From Macrostomum lignano (Eukaryota), in assembly GCA_002269645.1 (NCBI GenBank), contig NIVC01000690.1:310001-374000 (forward strand): DNA of 64,000 nt, in the 5' to 3' direction. The position numbers and the translations under genes are program-made. Below, piece after piece: positions 24,366 through 37,436 of the stretch. Within the stretch, counting starts at the first letter, position 1. Every line of letters starts with the position of its first letter. A model generated the notes under the pieces. The model saw only the letters and a program-made list of their open reading frames with translations. It had not been told where the DNA came from and searched no databases.

Positions 24366-25779
24366 AACACTGAACTTTGTTCCCAGGCTTGAGGTCTGGA
24401 AGTGGGAGTTCGTGCGTTTAGACACTAGGTTTAATTCTCTCTCTTTTCTTTCTCACTCTCTCTTTCCCTCCTTCTAGTCTAGTGTGCTAAAGCGAACTCT
24501 TCAATGGCCTAGGTGATAACAAGACTTAGAGCTAGCCTATGCCTAGTTTAAAAGCTGGCCTGTAGTGAGGAAATTTTAGGCCTACCAATGTAAGAGTCAA
24601 CCTACTTGAGCTGTGGGATTTCAAACCAGCCAATGGAAAACCAGACCGCGATTTTTACTCTTTGGATGACTAACGTGAATTCTCACATTCACATGCCACA
24701 GCCAGGTTCCATATTCTTATTTTCGTGCAGAACTAGGACCATTGCGCGTACTCGTCGACCTAGGCCTCATCAATAGAACCAATGGCGGCGCGGGGGGGGG
24801 GCAGATCGAGGGGTGACCACCCTCCTACCCCCTGGGGGTGACCACACTACCATTCCTCCGTGGGGTGCATGACCCACCATTAGTTTTTTTTTAGTACGAG
24901 CTCGTTGTGCGCGTTTTTCTGAATACATGGTTGACTCAGGTGCTGGGACACACAGTGACAGTTAGAGAAGGAATCAGCCTGTTTGATGAAGATATTTATA
25001 GCGACTCCCAAGTTCTCTGTTTCTGTGTCTGAGTGAAAATGCTGACCTAGGCCAGACTCAGCTCATTCTGAATGCATGGTGGACTCAGGTGCTGGGACAC
25101 ACAGAGGCAGTTAGAGAAGGAATCAGCCTGTTTTAAGAACTTTAAATTCATTTTGAGTCTAGGGCCTAGTCAAATGACTGAGGCCTTAGTTTTGGTTTTA
25201 TCTACAATCGATATTTTCAAAAGAAGTATAATATGCTTCAAAACTGGTAGTCGGCCAACAAAAAGCAGGGGAACATGTTGGCGGGGCTTTTCGCATTTTT
25301 CAGGTAGGCCGATGTCAGAGTCATTTTAGTTTGTCATGGGCAACTCATTTCTTTTTAGACCTGTGCCATACGCCGTAGACAATCAACATGTGGGCCAAAT
25401 TGAGCCGACTTGTCTAGGTGCGAAAAATTGGTTGGGCAGAATGTTTTCGTTAAGGACTGTCTATTAGTCCAGTTTTACATCGAACCAAAATTAAAATTCG
25501 CGCATTACAAGTTCGTAGGATTCGGTTCAGATTCCAAGCACGATTTTTCGCACCAGTCAATCGTATTGTGCAGAATCCCTGGGCCATACTCCATCTGAGG
25601 TAATACTCAAATTGATCGGCCCATCTTTATCTGTTTGTTGACGTTTGACTGTTGCGCAAACTTCAGTTCGTTTTCGCACTTTGTGGAGAGCTTTGAATCG
25701 ATTCATCCAAGTGTTAAGCATGCTAGACCAAACGAAGCGTCAGAAACTTAATCTCGGATGGAAGCTCCTAGAAGCTCCT

Positions 25780-26110
25780 AGATGGAGAGAAAGCAGCGGA
25801 TGGAGAGAAAGCAGCGGATGGAGAGAAAGCAGCGGATGGAGAGGAAGGGGCGGATGGAGAGGAAGGGGCGGATGGAGAGGAAGGGGCGGATGGAGAGGAA
25901 GGGGCGGATGGAGAGGAAGGGGCGGATGGAGAGGAAGGGCGGATGGAGAGGAAGGGGCGGATGGAGAGGAAGGGGCGGATGGAGAGGAAGGGGCGGATGG
26001 AGAGGAAGGGGCGGATGGAGAGGAAGGGGCGGATGGAGAGGAAGGGGCGGATGGAGAGGAAGGGGCGGATGGATAGGAAGGGGCGGATGGAGAGGAAGCG
26101 GCGGATGGAG
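25780..26110. repeat. 18-bp minisatellite (GATGGAGAGGAAGGGGCG)n
   Basis: Direct reading; source of the MERKGR/WRGRGG pseudo-ORFs. Confidence 0.95.
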
Positions 26111-26499
26111 AGGATAGTGGATAGAGAGAAAGGATCCGCTGTCTCTCCTAGTCTCAGTGTCTATCTATATGTAGCTATTCTGCACCTTCAGATTCAAGCA
26201 TCAAAATCCTTTGGCTGATCTAATATTTGGATCCAGAAAACTGTGAAAGGTGAGTGGGCGCAAAACAAATGGTGCAGTTGGCAAAGGAAGTGAAGAGAGA
26301 GAGAAAGAGAGAGGAAAAAGAGAGTGAGATAGATGTGCCCAGAGTGAGAGATTGATCATGCCCATTGCATATAGTGTAGAATGTTCTACCTCCAGTAAGA
26401 AGACATAAAAGTGTTAATGTACTACTCACACATTTTATTTAGTAGTAAATTGAAGAGCATGAATAAAGGTATGCTTTGAACTATAAGTATATTCGGACT

Positions 26500-27320
26500 A
26501 ACCAATAGGAAGAGAGAGACCTCGAGCATGCTAATTTTAGAAATCACCCAATCACGTGCGACCAACAACTGTCAATTCAAACCCCACCTTCAAGTCATCA
26601 TTTGGTTTGCACTCGGGTTGCACCCGGATGAACCAATCAAAGTCTACCAGCTACGGTAACCAATCATGCGCCTTTACAGTGGACTAGTTGCGCAACTTTC
26701 TACCCTGTCATGCTTGACAGCCACCGAATCGTGACCCTTTGACATTTGCGAAGACAGTGATGTACGACCTCGATAGAGGTCTGAACGCCTATAAATACAA
26801 GTGGTCCGGAACGGACTCAGAGCCAACGATTCCTCCGGAAGAAGAGCTCTGAAGAGGAAGCCACTACAGGACTTCCTACAGAAGACTCGTCGAGTTCTTG
26901 CGGTAAGCCTTACTCATTTGCGCCTGTGTTTTGAGACGTCTCGTTGGAGTTTACTTTGAGTCTGTTGAGACTCCTGAGTCTGTTTAGACTCTACTGGTTG
27001 CAGTCTCCAGAAGGACTGCCCCTGATAGATCTTAGAAGACTATCAGTGGTTTCCGGAGCTATACCTAGAGTGCATAGAGGCACTGCTAGAAGGAGTAGGC
27101 TTATATAAAACTGCAGTTTGGCGCAGGGTACCCATTGTTAATTTGGAAGCTTCTTATTGGTCCGAACGACAGATACCGGCCGGCAAAAGAAGAAAAGAGA
27201 AACTCGGACCAGAACTACAAGTCGAGTCGAATTCAGGCCTGAACTACAGATCGAGATCTACACGAGCTCTACGAAGGACTCAAAGAAGGAGAGATATCTC
27301 ATAAGAAGTCAAGGTAATTG
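26500..27320 (+). promoter_or_regulatory. Second LTR-like promoter/leader cassette
   Basis: Several CCAAT boxes, TATAAATACAAG at 26790, G|GTAAGCCTTA at 26903, AG|GTAATT at 27314; no ORF. Confidence 0.45.
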
Positions 27321-28124
27321 AATACTTTCGTTTGAATTACTGGGTTGCCTAGCTAAAGAGCTGGAAGTGATTGTTCCTTGATTATCGAAGTCAGGTAATA
27401 AGGAACACATCAATAGATCTGCATGTTCGCGCATCTAAAGTTCAAAAACTGAACGAAGAGGAAAAAATAGGCCTTACGCAGGCGTAAAGAGCTTTTCGCG
27501 CGCCGTCATTGGTTAGCCTAGTTTATTGCGCAGCCATGAGGATTGGCTGTTCCTGGCTGCTTTTCTTGGCGCAACCAATTAGCTATCATGGAATGTGTTC
27601 CCATAGGTCTTGAACCTCTGGCATTGGATCCAATGATATGTACGAGCCATATAAAGTTTAAGAATGATTGCCCTTAATTACTTTAAACTTTGATTTTCAA
27701 AGCTCTTCAATAGCATATTACATCTGCAACATCTTTTGGAGATCGGACATCCGGATATCAGCAGCTTTCGTGAAACTTGAATATTTTTTCTAATTATTGG
27801 TTTTCTATTCATATAGACGTAGTCTAGGTCAAATAACATAATATCTCATTAGGTCTAACTTAATTTTATTAGCTTATAAACTCAAATAGCGAATTAGGAT
27901 CTTATAAGTCTAGTGATATTGTAGTGATCAAATATTCTAGCTGTATCAAATATTCTAGCTGTGCTCCAGGGATACTTGGCTAACCTAGTTAATATTTATT
28001 ACTGTGTAGGCTAGCGCATATACTTTGTATATAAACAAAATTTAGGCGAAGACTAGGCCGAATAGGTTTTTATAGTGGATAGTTGTTTTAGTTTTACAAG
28101 GTCTAAAATAACAGAGAGACAGGT

Positions 28125-30214
28125 ATGGCAGCAATTAGAAGCAGGAAGGAGAGAGTCCAAGCTGCAGTGGACAGCGTGATAGAAAGAATTCGCACTGGCA
28201 GAGTGCAATTATCGAGAAATTGCTCAAAAATTTTCCGTTCCTACCACCACCGTTTATGACAGAGCTCGCAGGCTGATGAACGGGCTGACGGTGACGGAAA
28301 AAAAATACTGCCAAGCGGTATTTGACGCAGGCCGAGGAGCGAGTCTTCTGCGATGCAATCAAGCAGGCAGCTCGACAGCAGGTGCCCATCACGAGGAAGA
28401 AGCTGCTCGAAATGGCAAGTGAGACCGTCCGCAACATTGGCGCTTCTAAAGAGGAGCGCTGCGGTTTGCGCGACGCCACCAAGGTAGGCCACAGTTTAAT
28501 ATCATATGAATCCTGCTTAATCTCAAACAAATCTCACTCTTAATTCTCAACCGCATGTCTATCTCTCAATCAGCACCTGTCTATCTCTCAATCAGCACCT
28601 GTCTATCTCTCAATCAGTCGCCAGTCTGTCTCCTCTCTATCAGCCGCCCGTCTATCTCTTTATCAGCCGCCCGTCAATCTCTTTATCAGCTGCCTGTCTG
28701 TCTCCTCTCTATCAGCGGCCTGTCTGTCTCCTCTCTATCAGCAGCCTGTCTGTCTCCTTTCTATCAGCCGCCCGTCTATCTCTTTATCAGCCGCCCGTCC
28801 ATCTCTTTATCAGCCACTCGTCCATCTCTTCATCAGCAGCCTGTCTGTCTCCTCTCTATCAGCGGCCTGTCTGTCTCCTCTCTATCAGCCGCCCGTCCAT
28901 CTCTTTATCAGCCGCTCGTCCATCTCTTTATCAGCCGCCCGTCCATCTCTTCATCAGCAGCCTGTCTGTCTCCTCTCTATCAGCGGCCTGTCTGTCTCCT
29001 CTCTATCAGCCACCCGTCCATCTCTTTATTAGCCGCCCGTCCATCTTTTCATCAGCAGCCTGTCTGTCTCCTCTCTATCAGCGGCCTGTCTGTCTCCTCT
29101 CTATCAGCCGCCCGTCTATCTCTTGTGACGAAATTGCGGTGCCGCAAGGATTGAAGTCTCACGCTGTGCTGGCAGAGAAAGGAATGGTAAACGTGGTGCA
29201 GAAGGTCCACGGCAGTGACCGGAAGCACACCACAGTTTTAATTTTTGTTCAATGCTCAGGTTCTCTATTGCCACCCCGCTTTGTTTTTTCCAGGAAAGAC
29301 GCAGCCTCGAATGGATTGTTTTCCTATTGATTGTCATTATTCTTTTTCTCCTAACGGGTGGATGAACACCGCTGGGTTTGAGGAATTTGTTAAAAAAACA
29401 TTCATGCCCTATCTAGAACAAAAGCGAATTCGCCGTCCTGTTGTCCTTTTCACAGATTTGCACGGCTCCAGATTTTCGCTGGAAGCTCTGGAGTACCTGA
29501 GGCAACAGAAGGTTGTACTGTACGGGCTGGTGCCGAACGCAACGCACGTCATGCAGCCTCTGGACCTCGCTGTTTTTCGCCCAGTAAAGATGGGATGGCG
29601 CGAGCTTCTCGCCGACAGGTCCCGGAGTGCTGCGATTGGAGACTCTGTCACCAGGCTGCGATTCGTGGAAATGCTCCGCGAGGTCCTGGCAGAGCGGGCT
29701 ACTTCGCAGAACATTATGGCTGGCTTCTTGAAAAGTGGAATTTTTCCGCGGAACCCTGATGCTTTAGCGTATGACAAGCTCTGCAAGCGGCAAGACCCGG
29801 CTCCCGCGCAGCAGGCAACAGGTGAGAATTGTGAATGCGTGCTAAAAGCCAGCAACACCGCCCCCACCTCTAGCCTTCCACAGAAAAATTTTAAATCAAC
29901 AAAGTGCCAAACAGCCTCAGGCTCTGTGGAGCGCTGCTTTGAGGATGTTCTTGGCGCCGCTAAGCTTCACGACTTGCAAACGAAGCCAGCGACGACCGAC
30001 AATGATCGTGCACTGCAGCAGCTGCTGCTGCGTCTGACCGGACAAATGAACTGCCAACAAATCAGTGACGAGCACGTGAGCTCCGACCAGCAGAGCACTG
30101 ACAGCGAGGACCAGATCGAGAGCAGCCCACTGCATCATCCCTCTCTTGATGAGGAGACCGTCGAGGCGGTTGAACCACAGAGTGAGGATTCGCTCGATGC
30201 AGAGAGGCAGTCAG
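28125..30214 (+). pseudogene. pogo-superfamily (Fot/Passer-like) DD35D transposase, frameshifted and interrupted by a minisatellite
   Basis: HTH YREIAQKFSVPTTTVYDR, second HTH LTQAEERVFCDAIK, then CDE, GWMNTAGF, TDLHGS and QPLD with 35 residues between the last two Asp. Confidence 0.9.
28555..29120. repeat. CT-rich minisatellite (CTATCAGC-based) inside the pogo transposase
   Basis: Direct reading. Confidence 0.95.
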
Positions 30215-30319
30215 GTGAGTAATCGGTAAATTTTAAGAATTTAAATTTAAATTAACGTATAGTATACAAGTACAAATTAACGTAACCGTAAATCACATTG
30301 TATACTACTTTGAGACCAT

Positions 30320-30900
30320 CTTCCCTCTCTCCCCTCTCCTTTTTCCCCTCTCCTCTCCCCTCTCCTCTCTCCTCTCCCCTCTCCTCCCACCCTCTCTTCT
30401 CTCCTCGATCTTCCCCTCTTCTCTCTCCTCTCTTCCCCTATTTCTCCTCTCCTCTCTCCCCTCTCCTCTCCTCTCTCCCCTCTCACCTCTACTCTCTTCT
30501 CTCTTCTCTCCCCTCTCCTCTCCTCTCTCCTCTCTCCTCTCCCCTCTCCTCCCACCCTCTTTTCTCTCCTCGATCTTCCCCTCTTCTCTCTCCTCTCTCC
30601 CCCTATTTCTCCTCTTTCCCCTCTCCTCTCCCCTCTCCACTCTCCTCTCCTCTCTCCCCTCTCTCCTCTACTCTCTTCTCTCTTCTCTCCCCTCTTCTTG
30701 ATCTCTCCCCTCTTCTCTCTCTCCCCTTCTTCTCCCCTCTCCTCTCCCTTCTCCCCCTCCTCTCCCTTCTCCCTCTCCTCCCCTTCTCCTCTCTCCTTTC
30801 CCTTCTGCCCTCTCCGCTCCCTTCTCCCCTCTCCTCTCCCTGCTCCCCTCCCCTCTCGTCTCATTTTCTCTCTCTCCATTCTCCTCTCTCATCTCCTGCC
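30320..30900. repeat. CT-rich low-complexity tract within the 800-nt intron 30215-31014
   Basis: Direct reading. Confidence 0.95.
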
Positions 30901-31014
30901 TATGTTCTAGATTTTATATCTGGTCATTAACCTAAAAGTTTGTCGACCCCATGATTAATATATTTTTTCTTCATGATTGCTAAATTTGAGCTACAAAATA
31001 TTTTTTCCGTTCAG

Positions 31015-32124
31015 GTGCCTTTTGCTCAATAAAGTCAGTATCACCCACAGCTCGAGAAACAGCCGAGTCGATCGCGTTCCCGATAAAGCGGAACCGGACT
31101 CCAGTTTCCGGCAAGAAAAGGAGAACATCCGTTTATCAGGACATTCCTCATCCTAACTTAACTAGCCGCTCTACCTTAGCCTTTTTCAGACTAAGACAGC
31201 AAAAGCGCCAGGCTGCTCTCGACGCCAAGGCCGCACGGCAGACTGCTCGGAAGCTTCGGGCGCAGCAGCGTCAGCGTCAAGGTTCCCGGCGACTGCAGTC
31301 GAAGCAGACGGTCGCATCTGAGCAACCGGTCGCCCAATCTGCCGTGCTGGACATGTCTCCCGCTTTAGGTCGGCTTGAGAGCAAGACGAAATCGTTGAAT
31401 TGCTTCTTAGGTAAGGCCGATTCTTTAGGAAATTGTTTTTTTTGACTCCGTCGGGCAGGTGCTCAGTTCCGAAGGCATCAATGCCGACGCCGACAGACTT
31501 CGATCAGACAGCTGCGCTTTCCTAGAGCAAAACGCCTATGTAAATGGTGAGAGTATCGTTAACTTTTTGGAAATGCCACTTAATGACTATTCACAAAATA
31601 TGAAACGTTCAAGTACCTATGCTGATCATCTTATTATCGTTGCATTAGCTAATTTCTTAGACAGGCCTTTTCAGATTTACCAGCCTGACCGTCCGGAGCC
31701 GGTAGTCATCATGCCAGAGGATCGCCACCCAGAAGGGCAACCAATCAAGCTGGCGCACATCCCAGAGCTGCACTATCTGCCGATGCTGCCGCTACCTCTG
31801 CCGGAGCTAAGTGTTGACTGCTGGGTGCTGGTTGCCGTGCAGGCAACTTGCAGAGGACGAAAAGCTTGGCAGCATTACCCGTGTCGAGTCATTCAACTCC
31901 AGGGCGATGGCCAAGTCATTGTCTCTGCCTGCACTCAGTGGGTGACAAACTGGATGGCTGGAGGTCAAAAGCCATTCATCTTCCCGGCCAAGAGCGACGA
32001 GTTCAGCGCACTGGTGAGTGAGGTCGCAGTTTTACCCAATCCCCATTTTCCTACGGGAAGGAATCCTGGATTCCTCTGGACCCGTGATCAGCTCATGAAT
32101 GCTCGCAGCCGCCTTATTCACTGA
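31015..32124 (+). CDS. Exon encoding basic linker, OTU-family cysteine protease domain and a C-terminal beta-rich domain; one +1 frameshift in a T8 run (31436-31443)
   Basis: Acceptor TTCCGTTCAG|31015; frame open to KADSLGNCFF, continuing DSVGQVL...YSQNMKRSSTYADHLIIVALANFL...IKLAHIPELHY after removing one T. Confidence 0.75.
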
Positions 32125-32424
32125 GTTGATCACTAGGCCTAGAAATTACGTCCCCATCGTTCTATCACATTTTATGAATTTTATGAACTCAAATGACCAT
32201 TCACTGCTCATTTAATTTCCTGCATTGCTCAACAATTGCCTCATTGCCTAACCTTCAAATCATAATGAATGCTAACTTCACTTTGACATTGCTTCTATTA
32301 AACATCACCATGCACAAGACTTTCATCAAAAGTTTAAAATCTAAAAAAACAAATAACTTACAAGTATTGCTTGCCTATTTTTCTTTAGCACATTCGCACT
32401 AAAATGACTGCTCACTGACTCAAG

Positions 32425-32810
32425 CTCTCTTATCTATATTTTCTCTCATCTCCTCTGTCATCTCGCTCTCTTCTCACCCTCTCTTGTCGCTTCTCTCTTC
32501 TCTCCCTTATCATCTCCCCTCTCATCCCTCTATCCACTCTCCTCTCTACCATCATCTCCTCTCTCCCCTCCCTCTCCGCTCTCATTTCCTTTCTCATCTT
32601 CCCTATCTCCTCTCTCCAATCTCCCATATCCTCTCCCTTCTCCCCTCTCCTCTCTCATCTCTTTTTTCCCTCCTTTCTCATCTTCCGGCCTCTCTCCCTT
32701 CTCCATTTTAACCTATCCTCTCACCCCCTTTTTCATCTTCTTTCTTCCCTCTCCCTTCCTCTTTATTCTCTTTCATCTCCGCCTATCATCTCTCAGCTCC
32801 CCTCTCCCAG
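32425..32810. repeat. CT-rich low-complexity tract
   Basis: Direct reading. Confidence 0.9.
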
Positions 32811-35800
32811 CTTTGCACTGTACTCAAAATTGAAAAACAAAAAAATTACAAGCATTGCTTGCCTATTTTGCTTCAGCACATTCGCACTAAAAATTACTGC
32901 ACACTGATTGCTCATTAACTTTCCTTGTCTTGATACATGCTATAATACAAATCTTAATATGTCTATAAATCTTAATATTGGTGACTTTTGACTTGGTGAC
33001 TCAGCAACAAGCATTTCCAACGCACATTAATTTAAATTTGGGTCAAAAGCCTATAATCAACAATGGGAAAACATACGAGCTAGATATAGTAGGTTTTAAT
33101 AAGCCTTTAAATTTCTTATGGAACTGTAATAATTTTACTTGTAATCCCAATAGAAACATTATACGTTCTTATACAAAACCATTGGATTTATTTTATGTGC
33201 CTGACTAATGTCAGAATTTTTTATAATTAAAGATGAACTTAAACTGATAGTGTGGAAGATATGCTTGCTGCTGCGGCAGGGAAGGGCCTCCTTCTCAGTT
33301 AACAAAAGCCCCTGCTAACGAAGCCAAGGAAGAAAGGTGACAATTAAAAAAATTAAAAATGCAACTGTCACTTTTTGAGTCACGACGAGAAGGAATTGAG
33401 CAATATCCTGGAAGCTATCAATGTCAAAAGGCCTAGCTTCTATCCAATTAAGAATGACAATACATGTAGTTACGTTTTTGTAGTGCCTTATAGGCTTAAT
33501 CATTGGCCAGCAATTTTAGTCATTTCAAATATTCTGAAGCATAAAAACAAACTCAATAAAGTTTGAGTGCATTTGAGTCTAATCTTAATATCTTTTGGCA
33601 TATTAATTACTGTGGAATATTTAAGGATGAGCTATTCTTGCTGGGATTATAATTATGTATTGCATATATGTATGTAGCATTTGCTTTTTGTATTTCTATT
33701 TTGCGTATACATGTACGAGCCTATATCTCTAGTTGGCCTCTGCGAGTTTGGCGCCTATAGTCTGTATACAATATTGCAAATATGTAAGTCAAGTCAGTAT
33801 TATAGCCTGGCTGCCAGGAGTTGGGGGCAAGAGGGAGCTGCGCCCCCACCCCCCAGGCTGGTAAAAGTATATAGCGCCCCATTGCCAGTGGGCTTGGCTC
33901 CCCCCCTCTCTTGCCACCAAGCTTGCTTATCTGCCCAATTAGCAATCCTGGCTATGCCCTTGTATTAAGTCCTTTACTCTATTATACTGCACACATATCT
34001 TAAACCTATAAAAAGGGTTAGCCGATTGCCTACCATTGATTGGGCCTATGTGGCTTAGTTTCGCACTCTCTTCAAAGATCTTCTTGAGCCTATATACATT
34101 AAGTTTAGACCTAGCCCTAGAGAAATGTTGGATTATGGCCTTTTTTGCAATGTGTATGTGTACAAAATGTATACAATACAAGTATTCAATATGTATACTA
34201 AGGGGCACAAGCGCACCCAATGAGCCTTTTTTAGGGAGGGTTTAGCGGCCCCATCTTGCTGGTTGTATCAAGGGGCCCAGTGATGACTCAGTGCTCAGAG
34301 TCATTAGACTCTGCTGACTCAGAATGAGGTGATTGTTTTCAACAAAATTTTAAGAACTTACAGCATTTTTCTCTGCATATTGGATTCATCTACTTGAAGT
34401 AGAAACATATGAGTATGGTAAGAAAAAAAGAAACAGAATATTTGCAGAATTTGTTTGCAGAAAAATGGACTTTTTTTACTATTTCTTGAATTTTTCGCTT
34501 TTTCTTCTTTAATGTTTAAAAATGACCAATAATATAGCAAGAAGAGCAGTAGACAAAACTAGTAGTACCTTGATTTTTTTTAAATCATGGTATAATGGTG
34601 AAATACAGGCAAATTTAGGAAGCGAAGGTCCCTTTGAAGAAATCTGAAATGAACAAAATATGAGGTCTGTTTAAAAAAAAACAGAATTTTTTACCTTTAT
34701 GAATGATTGCTTAATTAAAAAGTCTAAAATACATAGAAAAAATATAACTTTTTATCAATTTAGCATGAAAGAGTTCAAATAAATTGCAAAAAAGTAAAAA
34801 ATGACAATTTTTCTGTTCAATGGGGGGTACTATATTCAAATGCAGATAAACAATATTTTTCAGAATCTATCTATGCAAAAGTTATAACTTTTAGAAAGAG
34901 TATGAACTAATCTTTACAATGATATATATTTTAGAAAAAACAAACAAGAAATAAAAAAGTTATTCGTGTTCAAACACAAAAACCAAATGTCAGATACCCT
35001 GTTTGGTTTGAAGATACCCTAGAATCATCGTTCGGTTTTGATATAAAAACATCAATAACTTTCTTTCTACTTGTGCAATCAAGTAAAGCAAACATTCATT
35101 TGAAAGAAAAAATGTTTTAAACAACTTTGGGGTAGTTTCATTTCATTACATATAAAACTTTCTTTCCTATCTATGAGAGAATGTCAAAAAATGACACTTT
35201 CATGTTCGGTTGATGAGATCTTACCCTAGCACTTTTATTTTGAGGAATATCTCAAGTCTCAAGTCTAAGTCTAAACAAGGGGCGGAGTTAGGGGCTGCTT
35301 TTCTTCCCAAAATAGCTTGATAAAACAAGCATAATTGCGCCCTTAAAAACTTAAGTTTGCACCTCCTAAATGATTTTCTGCCCTCTACACGCATTTTATG
35401 CACTTTCTAACTTAAAAATTGTTGCCCCTAGAGTTGGACTGCCTTCCAAAATGAAATTCTAGATTTTACACTTCTTTAGACCAATGCATCTTATCTGGTT
35501 TTTACAAAAAGAAATGTTTAAACAATTTTAATTGGTTGTTTTTTTAAATTAGAAAGGACCAGTAATAGAAGTACCGGAAGTTACTTTTTAAAAAATTACC
35601 AGTACCAAAACAAGTGCTAGAAGTTACTTTCCTTGGAACTGGAAGTTACTTAACCAGAAGTTACTTTTTCAGAGTAACTTGCCCAACACTGCTAGTCCTG
35701 GACCTAGGTCCTAGGTCTCTAAAACTTGAAATGCATTTACTTTTACTAATTGACAGCCTTAGGCCTAGCCTTTGGCTTTGGGTTTTATCTATTAGTTAAT

Positions 35801-37436
35801 AAGACAAATTTAGTATAGGCCTATAAGATTGAATTGAAACTATTAATATTACTATTTGACATAGTATTATACTATCAAATTTTTATTAATATAGGCTAGT
35901 ATTAGGCCTAATAACAGGTGCAGATACAGAAAGTTTTTGTGAGAAAGGCCAAGCTATAGCTAGTATAGGCCTAGTCCCTATGCAATGCAATAATGCCAAT
36001 AATATATATATTTTTGTCTTAGACAAACTGTGGAAGCTTGTCAAGTTTATATATAAATTTAAGGCATTAAAATATTATACTTATTATACTATAATTACAA
36101 AACTTACCTTTTCCTTAGATACTTGTCTTAGACAAACTGCGGAAGCTTGTCAAGAAGTTTATATATAATTATAAGACAATAACATATTACACATATGACA
36201 CTATAATTACAAAACTTACCTTTTCCTTAGTTACTTGCTGTTTCCAAAATTCGATATTTTTATAAAATATCTAGGATAGGCCTAGCTAGAAGATAGGAGA
36301 AGATTTAGAAGATAGGCTTCTATAGTAACTAACTAGTAGGCCAAACTAAGGTTTACAATTTCAATCCGTGACTGAACTGAACCTGAGGCCTGAGCTTGAA
36401 GAGGTTCTCTAATAGAGAAGTGGAGGCCTTAATAAATAGGTCGTTAGGTCGAACGGGTTCGGAAGTTTTTGCTTGGGGTTCACTGGTTCAGGGTTGTGAG
36501 CTAGTAAGATAGGGCAGCTTTAGAAAAAGACGGTTTCCCGAATGGCACGATCGTTATTTGCCCGGTACTGTGCAAATACTGCCGGTGTTATTTGCCTAAT
36601 AATAAATACCTGATTAAATAGTTATATTTTCATAATGAGTTACTTTATAAATTACTTTATGTTACTTTAGTAACTGTAGGGTAGGCGTTTGTTCTACATG
36701 TTTATACGCTTGTTATTAATTAATTATGCAAAGTACAAGTGTCTACCCTTGGTGCGTACCAAGCAGCAGCTTTGCTAGTTCGCCAGGTGGCCGTGGATTA
36801 ATTCCAGGGAGGGTAAGAAAGCAGCGGTCTGTAGACTCTTCGTTGGGGTTACTTGTGTCCAAACGGTCTTTAGACACCGAAGTCTATAATTAACTGCAAG
36901 TCGATAAACCAATGAACATATAGCGTGATCGAAGCTGCCACGCCCTGCATGCACGGTACTGCAGGTATAAAAAATACTCAGGGGTGTCGAAACCAGAGGG
37001 GCATGGGGGCTGGAGCCCCCCCCCCACTTTTTAGCATGATCCTGCAAGTGCCCTTTTTGAATTTTAAACAAGTGTTGGCCGGTTTTATGGGCTTTAGCTT
37101 TTCTCGAGTTTCGGGAGCAAGGGTACAAGCAGGAGCGAGAGGACACCGTTGCTATCCACACCCTAGAGGAGATTAATGTAAATGTAAGAAAAAAGAATGT
37201 ACAGTGGCCAGTGGGTAGTATGGGTTTGCACATAGCTTGTGCTCCTTTCCTCAAATGCCTTAATTGCTTCCAATTCTTTCTCTGCCCCCATCACCGCCTG
37301 CATGGTTTGTATATCTATATAGGTGCCATCAACCCTCAATCGGTTATGTGGGCATTATAAATAGTTTATATTGCATGTTCTCAATCCCATTCCATTACAG
37401 TTTTTTCTAATGTGCCTAAGCCTAGAGCTTTTAGTG

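Noticed and set aside
26849-26890. CTGAAGA followed by a GGAAG/CTTCC stem, hammerhead-like
   Set aside because: No GAAA directly after stem II and no stem I/III with a cleavage triplet.
28484-29107. Minisatellite in the pogo transposase as a clean intron
   Set aside because: Donor at 28484 is phase 0 and the nearest acceptor (29107) is phase 2 relative to the catalytic frame; splicing would not restore the ORF.
27400-33300. TIRs for the pogo-OTU element
   Set aside because: No TA-flanked inverted pair could be identified by eye; element boundaries remain unknown.
33790-37060. Several isolated hAT-like ends (about 33950, 35278, 36980)
   Set aside because: No matching partner TIR or TSD found.
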